A stretch of 52,781 nucleotides of DNA, filler included, from Porpidia crustulata (GCA_964255105.1; 3 parts of 3 records of this genome joined end to end with filler, not necessarily neighbours in it), one strand, 5' to 3'; positions 1 through 13,100 are shown, counted from the first letter of the whole stretch. Notes: generated by a model not told the origin, from the sequence alone. Made by a program: numbers and translations.

Positions 1-156
1 ATAGAGACTGTACTGTATTGACTGTTACATGAGTTGAGCACGAAGCTCCTATCTAGGGAAATGACTGTCATTATATAGACATAGGAGAATCGTGCCAAGA
101 GCCTATGCTCGGCTTGCTCGCTTTGCTCGCTTTGCTCGCTGTCGAGCATAACGAGC

Positions 157-404
157 TGTTGGCGAATCAGGTGGCAGCAATTAGGCAATTGGTCAACATG
201 AAGCATTTATTATGGTGATCATACATGTGGTTTATATTGATGCAGATGGTATGTACGAAAGGGGGTCTGGAGAGGTAAAACTCTGCAGTCCCACTAGCGC
301 TAAATAAGCGAATGTGATAGGGCTAGCTGGGTAAGGCTAGCCTGGTAGGGCCGGAAATTACCAACCCAAGGAAATCAGCACCATGGGGTGCTGGTATGCC
401 AACA
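157..404 (-). mobile_element. LTR-like segment (probable solo LTR of an LTR retrotransposon)
   Basis: Bounded by 7-bp inverted ends TGTTGGC (157-163) and GCCAACA (398-404); TATA-like and AATAAA motifs on the minus strand; no ORF. Flanks CGAGC/GTTAA do not match, so no TSD. Confidence 0.5.
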
Positions 405-475
405 GTTAAAGCAGTCAAGAAGACGTTCAAAGCTTGGGCGGCTTGACGGCTGAGACTCAGATCAGGAAGACGCTT

Positions 476-591
476 TGTTGGAAAATGAAGTCGTTGTTAC
501 TGAGGGAGCTAGTTACATGTGCGGTGGGTTCTTATAGCCCTTCGCTTAGCCTATGTCATATGACTGCCAAGCCCATGGGCAAATCCCAACA
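476..591. mobile_element. Short solo LTR (116 bp) with 5-bp target site duplication
   Basis: TGTTGG at 476-481 and CCAACA at 586-591, with identical CGCTT at 471-475 and 592-596. Confidence 0.8.
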
Positions 592-1382
592 CGCTTCAGA
601 ACCGAGGACGAAGATTGAAGAAATACAATGGATGTTAGTGACTTACTGAGGATCTAGGCATTTCTAGATTCGAATCCTCTCTGTTCACAGTCACTCTAAT
701 CCAGCAGGTTCCCCAAGTTGGCATAGCTCGGGGTTTGGAACACTTATCGGGGTTTAAGATACATCCTTCCCCAAATTGGGGAACATTTAACCTTCCCCAC
801 GACATTATACATTGTGCATAAGAAAAGAATATCGTCCGCGGCTCCTCGATGCTCGGGAACGAGCGTTGACGTGCAGTTGTGGATCATTCAACAATGATTA
901 TTAAAACAGCAAGGGAGAAAATTGACTCCCTACCATGCTCGACGCAGACTAGACAGCATGATTGGAGGCATCCAGGGAAACAGCGGTAAAGATAGTACTA
1001 CAGACGAGGGGAAGAAGAATAAGCAAGAACGACTGAATAATAGCAAATTTTTCGAATGGAAAAGTAAACCTGCCTGTGATTACGTCCTCGCCTGACCAGA
1101 CGTCTCTTACGAGCGCGTATATACCAAAGCAAAAGTACATTGTATCAAGGCATAATAATGCATGTACGGAATATATGCCGTCGATGGACTTGCATGAATA
1201 ATGCAAGCATAAAGTAAGCTTTCAGCTAGGCGAGTGGGGTGTTAGGGTTTGAAGATCAGGGTTGAGGGGCTGCCAGTGGGACCCTGAACGGGCTTGTCCG
1301 TACTCTAACGCGATTTGGTCATTTCCGAAGACGGCGAGAGCTCATCTCATCCATTGCCCGACTGCCCCGTCTTTTGCACACT

Positions 1383-1433
1383 TGCTTTGAAATCACTCCT
1401 GCTTTGAAATCACTCCGCCTTTGCAATCACTCG
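1383..1433 (+). repeat. 3 x 17-bp tandem repeat upstream of the MFS gene
   Basis: TGCTTTGAAATCACTCC at 1383-1399 and 1400-1416; GCCTTTGCAATCACTCG at 1417-1433. Confidence 0.85.
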
Positions 1434-1522
1434 TGGGCGCTACTTAATCATGTCTTCGCCCTCGATGATGCATTCCATCTCCTCACAGTTCGCTCGCTTG
1501 GGGCAAGTCACCATCGTCCACC

Positions 1523-3221
1523 ATGGGTCGAAGTACGCTCTCTCCCGTCGCCTCACCGACCAACTCCATCTCCATACCTCAGGTCCAGTCCCGGGCCTTT
1601 GAAGCAGGTGCCAGCCGAAACCAGGATGAGAATGGTGCCAAGGGTGTCGATGAGGATGAAAAAGCACGGATAGAACGCTTGGGTCGCGAGAGGCCGCCAA
1701 AGTTCAAATCCTTAACGGCTGAAATCTGCTTCTGCTACTCTCTCCTCGCTTCTATGATCACGGTGGTAGCCTCATGTCCCTTCCCAACATGGTTCGTCGT
1801 ACAACTTTAACACGTATTTCTTATAGGAGTACTTCGTCAGCGGCTTCAGTGTCCTTCTACCCACTGTGGTCGAGAAGCTCGATATACCTCAGGCATCCCA
1901 AGTCTGGCTATCAAGTGCTTTCTCGCTCGTCACAGCAGCCTTCCTCTTACCGTTCGGTCGACTTGGCGATATGTACGGGGGCTATCCGATGTATCTTGGT
2001 GGTCTGGCTTGGTTCTGTGTCTGGTCTCTGATCGCCGGCTTTTCCCAAAACCAGCTCATGTTCGACTTCTGCCGAGCTCTGCAGGGTTTAGGCTGTGCCG
2101 CTTTTCTACCGTCTGGAGTTATGCTCATGGGGGCGATATACAGGCCTGGTCCTAGGAAGAATCTGGTTTTCAGTCTATACGGAGCCGCAGCACCACTGGG
2201 CTTCTTCATTGGTGTCTTTTTCGCTGGCCTGACTGGGCAGTACCTGACATTTGGATGGTACTTCTGGATTGGTGCTATACTAGTCTTGTCAACCATTCTA
2301 GCTGCCTTCTGGGCTGTGCCCAATGACGCGGAAGAGAGAAAAGCATTGGGCATAGAGATGGATTGGATGGGATCTATCCTGATTGTGTCCGGCCTAGTGC
2401 TCGTGGTTTTCGCCATCACTGACAGCTCGCACGCGCCACAAGGATGGAGGACACCCTACATCTACGTCACTCTAATTATTGGCTCGCTCCTACTTATGGC
2501 TGCCGTCTACGTCGAAGGGTGGGTGGCTACGGCTCCGTTACTGCCTCCCAATCTCTTCGAAATTCCCTACGTCAAACCCCTATTCCTGGCCCTGTTCCTC
2601 TCGTACGGCGTGTTCGGGGTATTCCTTCTCTACGGAACTTTCTACATGCAGGATATAATGGGAGGCTCGCCCCTGCAACTTACAGCTTGGTTCACACCAA
2701 TGGGTCTAGGAGGTTGCATCATTGCTATTACTGGTGGCTACGTTCTTCATCTGCTTTCTGGCACGGTGTTGATCATAGTGAGTGCCTTTGGTTGGATCCT
2801 TACGTCTTTACTTTTTGCCTTGGCTCCTACAGGAGCCAATTACTGGGCCTACGTTTTTCCCGCTATGATTGGCGCCACTGTCGGAATTGACATCAGTTAC
2901 AACGTGGCCAACGTGTTCATCACCACAAGTCTTCTATCAAGCCAGCAAGGACTCGCTGGAGCATTGCTCAACAGTTTGCTCTTCCTCGGAATCGCTTTTG
3001 TACTCTCCTTCGCAGACGTAACGCAACATGAAACTGCCCATTTGGGCCTGAAGAGGAGTTATCAGTCTGTGTTTTGGTATCAGCTCGCTGTTCAGTCGGT
3101 AGCGCTCGTCATAATGATTGCCTTCGTGCGGATACGTAAGGCTGAGAGCGACTTGACAGCGGATGAGAAGTTGGCACGTGGGAAAGAGATGGCGGAGGAT
3201 CTAGAATCTCCTAAGGGATAA
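1523..3221 (+). CDS. MFS drug:H+ antiporter (DHA2, Atr1/aminotriazole-resistance-like), 2 exons
   Basis: Exon 1 1523-1765 (…RLGRERPPKFKSLTAEICFCYSLLASMITV); intron 1766-1826 (GT…CTTTAAC…TAG); exon 2 EYFVSGF…GRLGDMYGG…CRALQGLG…YRPGPRKNLVFSLYGAAAPLGFF…WRTPY; many hydrophobic helices; stop 3219-3221. Confidence 0.93.
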
Positions 3222-3717
3222 AGCTTAATGATCGACTGGCAATAGTGTTGTCCTAACTGCATGCATATGCGTAACACCACGTAACGAATGATGAAGGGAT
3301 AATCGGGATTCGAATTTCTCACTTAGCTTGGGTTCTGGTGCGTTTATTTTTCATGACGCGCGGCTCTAGAACATGGATTAGCTCAATGATCGGCTTTAGA
3401 ATATCAGGTAGACTAGCTCAATGATACAACGTATCATCCCACCAACTATCAAATGGCATCGACATCTAAGCCTGGTCCCTGGGGCTTGAACGATTGGCCG
3501 GCTGAGGAAACCAGAAATCTACTGAGGCACTGAACTCTGAAACCCATATATGGAATTTGTAGCCCAGCCTGTTGGGAGGGTTAAGTCTAGTCTAACAGAT
3601 AGAAAGGGTCAAGCTCACATATCTTCTCTGAAGAAAGTCGGCTCAGGATGCTCAGGGATACTCACCCTTGACTCAGGATAAAGCAGCACCTGCTCACCCT
3701 CAGAGCTAGAAGCGGAA

Positions 3718-4303
3718 ATGGAAGAAGTCTTTGATGTTCATGTCTATCACGGTATTCGCCAGCTCGAGGATCTTTACCGTCGGCTCTCAAAATTGGACCA
3801 AGGTCCACGCCTGCCTTCATACCGACCTCCTTGTCTACTACGTAGATATCTTCGAATTTGGCGGCCATCTTGTCGGCGGTGTTCTCAGCAACCACACGAT
3901 CCAGAGTTGAGAAGTGCTACCCCTGCTTTTCAAATCATCAAATGCGAGGCCTTTCATTGTATCACCTGCTGCACTGCTCCCTGCTTCTCCACCAGCGACA
4001 TCAATTGGACGGGCTCCTGGAACGGGCGCGTCGGGATGGGGTTCAACTTTTGGAACAACAGGTATACCCCTTAGGCATAAGCCTGACTCAGGTTCTTCGC
4101 ATATTGAAACTGATAAAGTCACTCAAGAGATACTTGAAACACGCGTTCAAAGTCTTATAGCAATTTTAAAATTGGATGACTTACGAGGACTGGCGAACAC
4201 CTTCAAGAGCAAGCTACTGGCAGCAGCCGCGACGTCAATTTGCTGCAGATTGAGGTGCATGTTTGAAACAAGATTCTCGGTTCTCGAGGTAGATCGACTG
4301 TGA
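3718..4303 (+). pseudogene. Degenerate coding relic, weakly BTB/POZ-like
   Basis: Protein-like fragments across frames (EEVFDVHVY…, TDLLVYYVDIFEFG…, ETRVQSLIAILKLDDL) broken by shifts and stops. The domain call is only a loose resemblance. Confidence 0.2.
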
Positions 4304-5105
4304 GAGTACGTATAGAAGTGCCTTGAACCTACAAGAGATATCTCGGATAGTTCTTGATGATACTTGGGACAACAGATGAAGAAGTAGGAGAGTTGGATTT
4401 TGGGATTTCGATGAGCGGCATTCTCCCTTTTTATATTAGATCTGTCGGTCAGTTCTCCATCCTATTCAAATCTGAAAGGTGTCCGAAGTGTTCAAGTTTT
4501 TTTTGTCTCCTGCTGCTGACCTACTTCGCTTTCTCGTGTAGGCTGATCAAGATACGTCATTGGGAGCTATTTTTCAAGGTAATTGTTTCATCCGCTGCCT
4601 TTGCAAATCTTACCTACGATGTTTCATCTTGTGAGGATTTTCTGTCATGTACAGCCAAGACGTAATTCATATCTCCGATTCTTCCATTGCACCGCGCTCT
4701 ATCCAAGCTGACTGAGCTATGCTTGGACTCATTACAATTTGTAGCAGGTTTACTTGATCCTCCATCTCAAGAATCGACTGCGCCTAGAGGCATTCCGATC
4801 AGATATCCATGGAGTACTCCCGCTCGCAATCGAGGTACGGTTTTTTGAAGCTCTGGTATCCTACCATTGCACCTTTCCCTGAAGTGCTCCGCCATCTTTC
4901 AGCCCAGAATCCACATGATGCTTGGAGCTGCCTGTGCCGAGGTATCTTACACTACATTGATACCGTCTCCTCCAACAAGAGCTGTGTCTTATGGAGTATG
5001 TGATTGGAAATCCTCTATCACGGCATAAATACGTTACTTTAAGAAGCTGAGTTGCCTGACTCCGAGATTCCTGTACCCAAGAGAACGTAATCATCTATAA
5101 AAACC

Positions 5106-6336
5106 ATTCGAATCACCCTCTCTCTTTTTCTTCTCATATCAAAATTCCGATAATCTCTGGCCCATACCACAAACATCTCGTCTTTCTCCCTCATTATCAG
5201 ATTCCAAGCTTCAAGCTTCCTCAATTCTATTCTTCGATAACCTTACAGAGCAACCCAATACACATCGTTTCACATAATTTAGATGGCTAGTATACTGATA
5301 AACGTCGGGTCGGCTATAGCTGCGATTGCAATATCTTTGGGAGAGATAGGAAAGAACACGGCGCCCAAGGAAAGTGTCATAGTTCAAATTGGTATTAGAG
5401 GTAAAGGTGATACCATAAGTCGTAGTGTCCCACATATCGCACTTTGGGACGAAAAGGGTAATCGGATTTGGCAGTATCACAGCGACGCAAACGGACACCT
5501 TGACGATAATTATCTTGCGCACTTAACAATCGAAAACAAACAAGCAGGAGGCAAGTCCAAGCAGCCCGAATATGTTATGCTTACCATGAACGAACGCGAT
5601 GCCATATGTATAGCTATGATCTCGGCCGGTGGTAACGGCGCACAATGGACTTGGCTGGGCAACATGGGCAAAGCTTGTGGAGCGGATTGGTGCCCCAGCA
5701 ATTTTAAAATCGGGGACAGCACAATTACGCCCCCCTGTGTTCTGGATCGATCAGAACCACAGCAATGGGATCAAAGCCCAGGGACTAAGTTTGCACATGC
5801 CCGACTTTTCAGCTGCGGATGGCCGAACTCAGCAATACTCGGATCAGCGAGATACGCTTGCAAAAGTACGGCGAGAATGACTTTCTGGTATGACATTGTG
5901 GCCGACGCCGTGATTCCGAATTTCCAGCCGCCGCTGAAATACGCAGAAAACGGAGCCGATCTCGACTTGATTGTATCCCCATGCAAAGAGAAGGATTGTG
6001 AAAGATCGGGATTCAAAGCGTGAGAACAGCAATATGAGGCCAGGGCATTTGATCATCAGCAATAATCCACAACACAGCGCGAAGGAATTATGCGAGCATC
6101 CGAACTCGTTGGGACCAGACTTAGTATCTACCGTTGAGGGTATCTACTGCGACATGGTATTGAGCGAGTGGTTGGCGCTATGCTCCGCCGCTGTCACCAA
6201 CGGTTATTTCGACTCAGACTCTCAAACCATAAGGAGTAATGCGCCGGGTCATAAGGGATTGCAGGGTCGTGATGTGGGAAGTGGGAGAGAAATCCCCGAG
6301 AAATCTTACAAAACGTCAGAGACATGGTCTTCGTAG
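5106..6336 (+). pseudogene. Cys-containing secreted-type fungal hypothetical protein, frameshifted
   Basis: Coherent protein recovered by switching frames: PHIALWD…DAICIA…WTWLGNMGKACGADW…PPCV | WIDQNHSNGI…SLHMPDF…DTL | CKSTARMTFW… | HLIIS…SAKELCEHPNSLGPDLVSTVEGIYCDM. In-frame upstream decayed signal-peptide-like stretch at 5106 (IRITLSLFLLISKFR*SLA). Confidence 0.65.
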
Positions 6337-7051
6337 GTGTGGAGTTCTGTCTTTCTGGGCGTCACGATGGAATGAAGAAAGAAACTTTTCGCCCATGCTT
6401 GGTTGGGGAAGCTGGCTTTCCAAAGGTGCGATTGACCGGAGTCCGTAGGCCCTTTTGTATGTGTTCTGTTCAGATTGACACAGTCGATCTCAAGATAGTC
6501 AAATTTAGCTTTCTGGACATTTGCCCTAGAGTATTCTATAAATTGTATAACAGGTTTGCAGAAAGTAACATGATGATGAGCCAGATAATACAGCAAGGTT
6601 TTTGAACGGAGGTTGATTGACGGCGTTACGGCGTTCCAGCGCTCTGGGCGTTTACTTTTCCAGTAGATATCTACTCTACTCTAGAGCTTGCCGCCGACAC
6701 TTCAATACGCCCGTTTCGTGTTTCGCACTGCCTGGTGTTAATCCTACCGAATATGTGACCTGTGCCCCATAGCTGCATCGGATCGTGGCCATGGAGTTTG
6801 CATCTTCCGTATTAATTGGTTGTAAAGGGAGATTTTTATCTCCCCTGCTTGTCACCATGGCGTGTCTATGCGGGTCAGAATCCCACTATTCCTAGAGGAT
6901 TGTTACACTGCCCCGTTCATGGGCGGTAGGATATGGACATATAGTACTCTCTATATACGCTCCGCACCACGGACTGCTTTCTTTGTCATTATACGCTGTC
7001 AATCTCGTCATCGATTGCTACAATTTGTTTTGAGTTGAGCATTTGGTCATC

Positions 7052-7815
7052 ATGATCCCTCATCTTCCTCGTCATTACTTACTCGCCACCCTTGTCGTTC
7101 TAGCCATCATCTCAATAACGACTCTTCGCCTCAAAGTCACCAGCTTAGACTTTATCGCCAGTAATTTGAATTCGAGCTTTCAGATCGACATTGGCGATGA
7201 CGGCCAGAGTATATAGATACGGTCAATTCCAGACCGCTTGTATACCAACGCGCTCAACCTTGTCATTGCTTCCAGTGCTATATCGCCCTCCACAGCCTTG
7301 GTCGTTGGAGTGTTCATTATCTGCGCTAATGCTAATAGAGAAAGGGTATGTCCTTGCCTTTTACTCCAAGCATCTTTATTCTCATTCAAAAGATCTTGAT
7401 AAAATTCACATATTTAGACTTGTATCTCCGATCCGCGCCGCGTCTACATAATTTTTCTATTCAACGCCCTCTTTTCCACCACGGCCTTGATCTACGTTGT
7501 CACGACCCACCTACACTCAGCTCATTTCAGCTTGAAGTCTCCAGACACTGTCGATACCTTTGACTTGGAAATTTGGACCTGCGACATGGCTAGAAGGTAC
7601 CTCGTCGAGAGAGGTATGGGTGTCAATGCCAGCTCGAGCGAGCAGGATTAGCCATGGTGATTGTGGAATTTCTTTTGTCACTTCTTGCTTTGAGCCTGGC
7701 TATCTCAGCTTGGAAGGGCGAGATCATACGGTGGAAAGAGGCATATGAGTTGAAAAAGACGAGTAATAGATACTATCATGAGGATGATGAGGGAGACGGC
7801 AATGGATGGGACTAG
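7052..7815 (+). pseudogene. Small multi-TM membrane protein pseudogene
   Basis: ATG 7052, MIPHLPRHYLLATLVVLAIISITTL; premature TAG 7214-7216; second hydrophobic helix; GTATGT donor near 7346; TFDLEIWTC then a frameshift to QCQLERAGLAMVIVEFLLSLLALSLA; TAG 7813-7815. Missed by the ORF track. Confidence 0.6.
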
Positions 7816-8205
7816 GTCTAATATTTGAAGGTGATTAGGAAGAGTACCTCTGGTTTATGTCAGTAAGCATCGCAATCTGTAATGGCCTGATCCAAGGTAA
7901 GGCTCTTGGTCTCTGGAATTTGAGCATTGGGAAGAATAATATTAGCGCTTGCCTAGGGCCGAATCCTACCGGCGCAGGCGAATTTCAGCTCGGCGAAATT
8001 TCAGTACATAACTTGTGGCGGGACAGGCAACCAAAACACTTATCACGGCGCAATATGGCGTTGTCGCTTTCTCGGAAGTGACGATTCTAACGGCAAGTTT
8101 TGCTTCGTATTCTGGTATTCAAAAGACCCTCGCAGCATTCGGTCGACCCCAGTATGAAGGCCTCTCGGTCGTATCTCTGATAACATGTCGCCATACAGTC
8201 ATCAT

Positions 8206-9779
8206 ATGATGCTTTTACCCTGGCTACCATTTCGCCAAATTATCGACGGGCTTACCGATTTTCTTGGCCTACAAAAGATTCTTACTCTGCGTTTAGTAAA
8301 TAGTATATGAAATTGATCCTGTAACATGATACGATGCTGACCTGAGCAGAACACTTCGATCACGAAATCCTAGATGTGATTCTCTTCCGTCGGCTGCTCG
8401 CGTCTCGTTTGAAAAAGCAATTTCCTTACGTTCGAAGATCAATAATGGCAAAGCTGTTATATACAAGGATCGAGAGCTACGGCGTCTGCGACAATCCCCA
8501 ATCACTTGCACTCAGGCAAACATCATTAGCAATGAAAAATCTGTATCAACACCATCAATTTGATTTCCCCAAAGATGATATTACCTCGTTGCTGTGCATG
8601 GCGGCAGTGATTCATCTCGGCTCGAGAAGAGCTGTCAAGTTGTTGGAACCAGAACCCCGAGTAAACAGCTTGCAAGATGATGAGTGTGATCTACATCGTG
8701 ATAAATCTGAAAACATCCTTACTAGCGCGGCATATCTTGGTAATCTAGGCTTGGTCGAGCTGTTACTCTGTCAAGGTGCAGAAGTCAACGGAAGAAGTGA
8801 AATATTTGGCACTGCTCTACAAGCAGCGGTCACGACAGGATCGTACGAGATAGTGCTGTTGCTGTTGGAGCGGGGAGCCAATGTCAATTTTGTAGGCGGG
8901 AATAACGAATTTTACTGTTGTAATGAGGGTATTGCACTGTGAGTAAGTGCTCAAAGGGATCATAGATCAGTTATCTAACTGCTTCTAGATCTTAAGTATC
9001 ACCTGAAAACGTCGGGGGTTAGATACGAAGACGCCATTCTCGACGCTGCCCGTGCTAATCATGTTGAGATAGTCCAGCTTCTGTTCGATCGAGGCACCTT
9101 TGCCAACATATTGGACGTGCAGTATGAAGTGCTATGGATGTCCGCTTGGAAAGGCTCAGATCGTCTGGTCCAGATGATGCTTGAGCAAGAACTCGATGTC
9201 AACTTTAGTAAGCTCGGAAGCGGACGCGCATTGGAATATGCTGTCACTGGTGGAAATGAGTCTATCGTACGGTTACTCCTACACAAGGGAACCAAGTTGG
9301 ACTCTAATCAGAACGGACATGATGCATTCTACCGAGCAGTCAAGGAAGGGCATGAAGGAATAGCGCAGATGCTCTTCGAGCGGGAAGATCAAGTCAACTG
9401 CCAATTATGGGGCTACCCTCCTATCGTGGAGGCCCAAATAGCCCACCAACTAGGCATGATGCACTTCTTACTTGACCGGGGAGCGGATTTGGTCATCGAC
9501 GGGAGTGGTGAATACATTTTCAACCGGGCAATCTGTTCCGGGCACGAGCAAGAGGTACGCCTTCTCATCAACGCAGGAGTCGACCTCGATAGATTTCCTG
9601 GTGACTCGATACCTTGTCCTGTACTTAATGCAATGAGGAGCGGCCATGATCACATCCTCAAGATCTTACTCGACCACGGAGCAAAGAGAGTGGACCCGCT
9701 AGAGAGTGAATGGGCTGGAGAATTCCTGGACGGTACCTACCCGCGATGTCAATCACCTCCGCCCTTGCTCAAGAGATGA
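8206..9779 (+). pseudogene. Ankyrin-repeat protein with F-box-like N-terminus; two in-frame stops
   Basis: Exon 1 from 8206 (MMLLPWLPFRQIID…LRLVN), intron 8303-8349, then repeated ankyrin motifs (AAYLGNLGLVELLL, GTALQAAVTTGSYEIVLLLLERGANVN, GHDHILKILLDHGA). ORFs 8376 and 9111 share a frame, separated by TGA 8940-8942 and TAA 8976-8978. Confidence 0.8.
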
Positions 9780-9912
9780 GAGCAACTGATTTGGGAGTCT
9801 GGAATGTTTGAAGCTGTATCCGCGCACAATACAGCTGAATGGCATGTGATGAACAAAATGAGAACACACTTGTTCTTTGCTAATCCACTACATATGTAAA
9901 CCTCCAACAGCA

Positions 9913-10120
9913 TGTAGTGATGACGGGGCTGAATCCAGAAGAAGGGAGAAGGGCTGAGGTCGCTGAGGGTTATGCCGACTAACTCCCTCCATATATCTCA
10001 CAAACGCGAACAGCCCCTCAGCTTCTTAGACCAAGGTTTCCTAGAAAAGCACTAGATCCCTATACTCAAACATTAAATAAAGAACTGAGAAACAAATCAA
10101 TCAATCGTTATATAATAACA
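9913..10120 (+). mobile_element. Possible decayed solo LTR
   Basis: TGTAG…TAACA ends, internal TATA-like motif and AATAAA; no exact TSD. Confidence 0.25.
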
Positions 10121-13100
10121 ACAATAAGAGTTCCAGGAAAGCGGCATGCTGCACATCGATTCCTATTGTGGCAAGCGTATTGTCGAAACAGGACGTACGA
10201 AATCGGTTCAGGAAACCACGCCCAATTTATCCAATTCCACCTCATCAGAAGCACACCATCATCGCAACGTCTAATTTACGTGTGCGTTCCCATACCGTCA
10301 GCCCGAGTTGGTAAGAGCCGACCGTTGAAGAGCTGTATAGGACTACTTGAGCCGGAACATAGATAGAGGTGTTGATGCCAAGACAGCGTCGGCTTCAGAG
10401 ATCCTTACTATTGATTTCGCACTTCAAGAACCTGGAGTATTCGAGGCTTTGAACCAGCTAACACCAGATATACGTCGTCGGTGACAAAATGTCTACAGAT
10501 TTGATGCCGTGGATGATGTTCTTGATATGAATCCGTTCACGCTGGTTGGGATTCACGGCATTTCAAGATTAGGTACGCTTTGTGTGCGATTAGCCATGAC
10601 CGAGATAAAAACGAGAATAGTCAAGTCTGATTGATCTTAGTTACAAATATCCATTTTGAAATCCACGAGAGGTCTTACGATACTTCATCAGTATCATACA
10701 ATCAAGTCCGACAAAGGTCATGATAATTCCATGACACAATTCTCACTATAGTACAGTCAAACACCTTCATCCCTGCAGCGCAGCTGGTTCGGTTTGACTA
10801 TTGTCCTATATTAGTATTTTGATAGACTCTACAATACCCCTCCAATAGCAGAATCCCGGTTGGAATAATTATAAAATATTTCTCGGATTTTCCGGAGCAG
10901 GGCTAAGTGTTACGTTCATATTCGAGGTTGAAATTGTTGTTCATTAGAACTTGACTTTTTATTATTAAAGCTTTGAGAGGGGTTTCTTGACTACATACTG
11001 CGTCTGTCGTCATAAGTATCATGGTGCTCGTATCAAGACGACTAATTTCTAGGTACATGCCTCCATAGCTCACAGGATTCACCGCTTGAACATGTAAGTT
11101 GAGTAATGCCCCAGCATAGTGTGCATAATCTTTCTTATGGCATAACATACTCTGGATTACTTGGAAACTTAAAAGGCCTCAAGGATACTTCTCTTTCCTC
11201 CCAGTACGAAACGGCTTCCACTTCTATTACTTCGCCGCCACTCAGCCACCTGTGCAAGTTGACATATTCGGGATTAAAAGCTTCAGGGCTCCATGTTGTG
11301 GTTTCGATTTGCACAAACCCGGTTATGCTGTTTGCTGGTTTCCGCCTTTACGCCAAACTTGAGTCTGTAGGAAGAAATCAAGGGATAATGGTAGTCCATT
11401 CAAATGGTGCTTTGCCTGACTTTCAACATCAGAAGAAGGCTCTACGCTGATTTCTTATAAGATCATCTCATCAGAGATACTGCCATTAAAGCGTCTCATG
11501 TGCGCCTGATTTTCATTGTCAGACAGAGCACAAGGTGCGAAAGAATCGACGAGCGGATCATCAGAATGAGTCCGATAGGTTCTCTTAATCCGGTGAGCCA
11601 TACCACTTGAATTCCTATTAGCAGGACATAGGGTGATAATGCGGCGGAAACAATTCCTACTGGCCATTCAATCGTAGAGGAATTTCAAGTCCGGGACCGA
11701 GCCACAGATGAAGTGGAGCAATAATTCAGAAGAAATCCAAGCATAAAGACCAAAACTCGTAGGTTAACTTGCAGGCAGCATCCTGTCCTTTCTTTACTTT
11801 AGAAACTTGAAAGATCTTCATCGCAGATGCAATGGAAGTACTGTACAGACGTTAGCACGTATGGGTTTCATTGTACAGATCATTGGTGTGATTCTTACCA
11901 TAGACCGATCCCTAAGGTGCCACCCAATCCCGTCTGTCTGATGATGCTCGTCTCTTAATTCCAAACTATGCTCCCTGGTAGTAAGCAAGAGCAATGTCGA
12001 GGAAGCCATTGCAGCCTGACAACACTGAAATTTTTAAAGAGAGTAGGTTGAGATATAGCAACGTTTGCGCCACGTTCCATTGAGTTTATGAGTCTCAAAA
12101 GAAAAAGTGTGATAGACAACTCGACGGTAGCCAAAGTCACAAAAACAATGAGCACAGTGATCAACCGCCATTGTGTGACAATACTTTCTTGCTGAATATC
12201 TAATTAGCAAATATGACATGTGCCTTCTTTCTCAATATAAGTTGTGGATCTTACAGCACCGACCGTGTAAAATTCTGCTTCATGTCCTTAGTATGGCTAT
12301 CGATGGTCAATCAGGCACCTTACACCAAGGCAAAGGCCATATAAAATATCGAGGCCAAAGCGTTTGGTCATAATTCGGACAACAAATTGTAAATAAACAA
12401 TCACTGTAGAAAAGCAGAATTGTATTCATCGTGAGGTTTGCACCGACTCGATTTTAACCGTATTCTGATGAACGAGAAAAAACTTTCATGTCGTTTACAA
12501 TACCGAAACTAGCAGGCTGAAGGGCCTTTCATAAGTTCAATAGAGGAAATAAGATTCGAGATACGTGTCAGAATTCGAACTTCGCAACATTGTCATATAA
12601 ACGATTGTTGATTCATATTTATAGTATTTTAAAGGGAGACTGATCTACGCAGTGCCGCATAGATTACACAGACCTGACAAATTTAGAATTGCAGAGTTGA
12701 TGATGCAAATGAGCGACGTAGGGCAAAAGAAAGGCCACAATCCCTTTTATCAAGGGCTCAAGTATAAAAAATCAAATCGTCACAGTAGCATATAAGTTTA
12801 GAAATAGCTTTGAAGAGGGCTCTACTGCATCTATCATGTAGAGGATTCTACGCCATTGCGAAGAATGCAGTCTCGGTGATCAGAAGATATCGAACAGTAT
12901 TCACGAAAGCTATTGTTTTCAAAGCCAGACGCTTGATACGAAATTTCTCGGATCACGCATTCGCTTGATAGAGCATTATTTTCGATATCTACTGTAGATC
13001 AGTTTCTCATTGACCGAGAAAGTGCGAAGAGTCTTCGTAGTGTTGAAATAATTATCCCTGTATTGTTTGAAACAGATTGTTTACGTACTATAAGATAATT

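Noticed and set aside
1982..2419. Antisense ORFs overlapping real genes (also 15759-16127, 22373-22753, 23744-24022 and others)
   Set aside because: Shadow ORFs produced by codon bias of the true CDS on the other strand.
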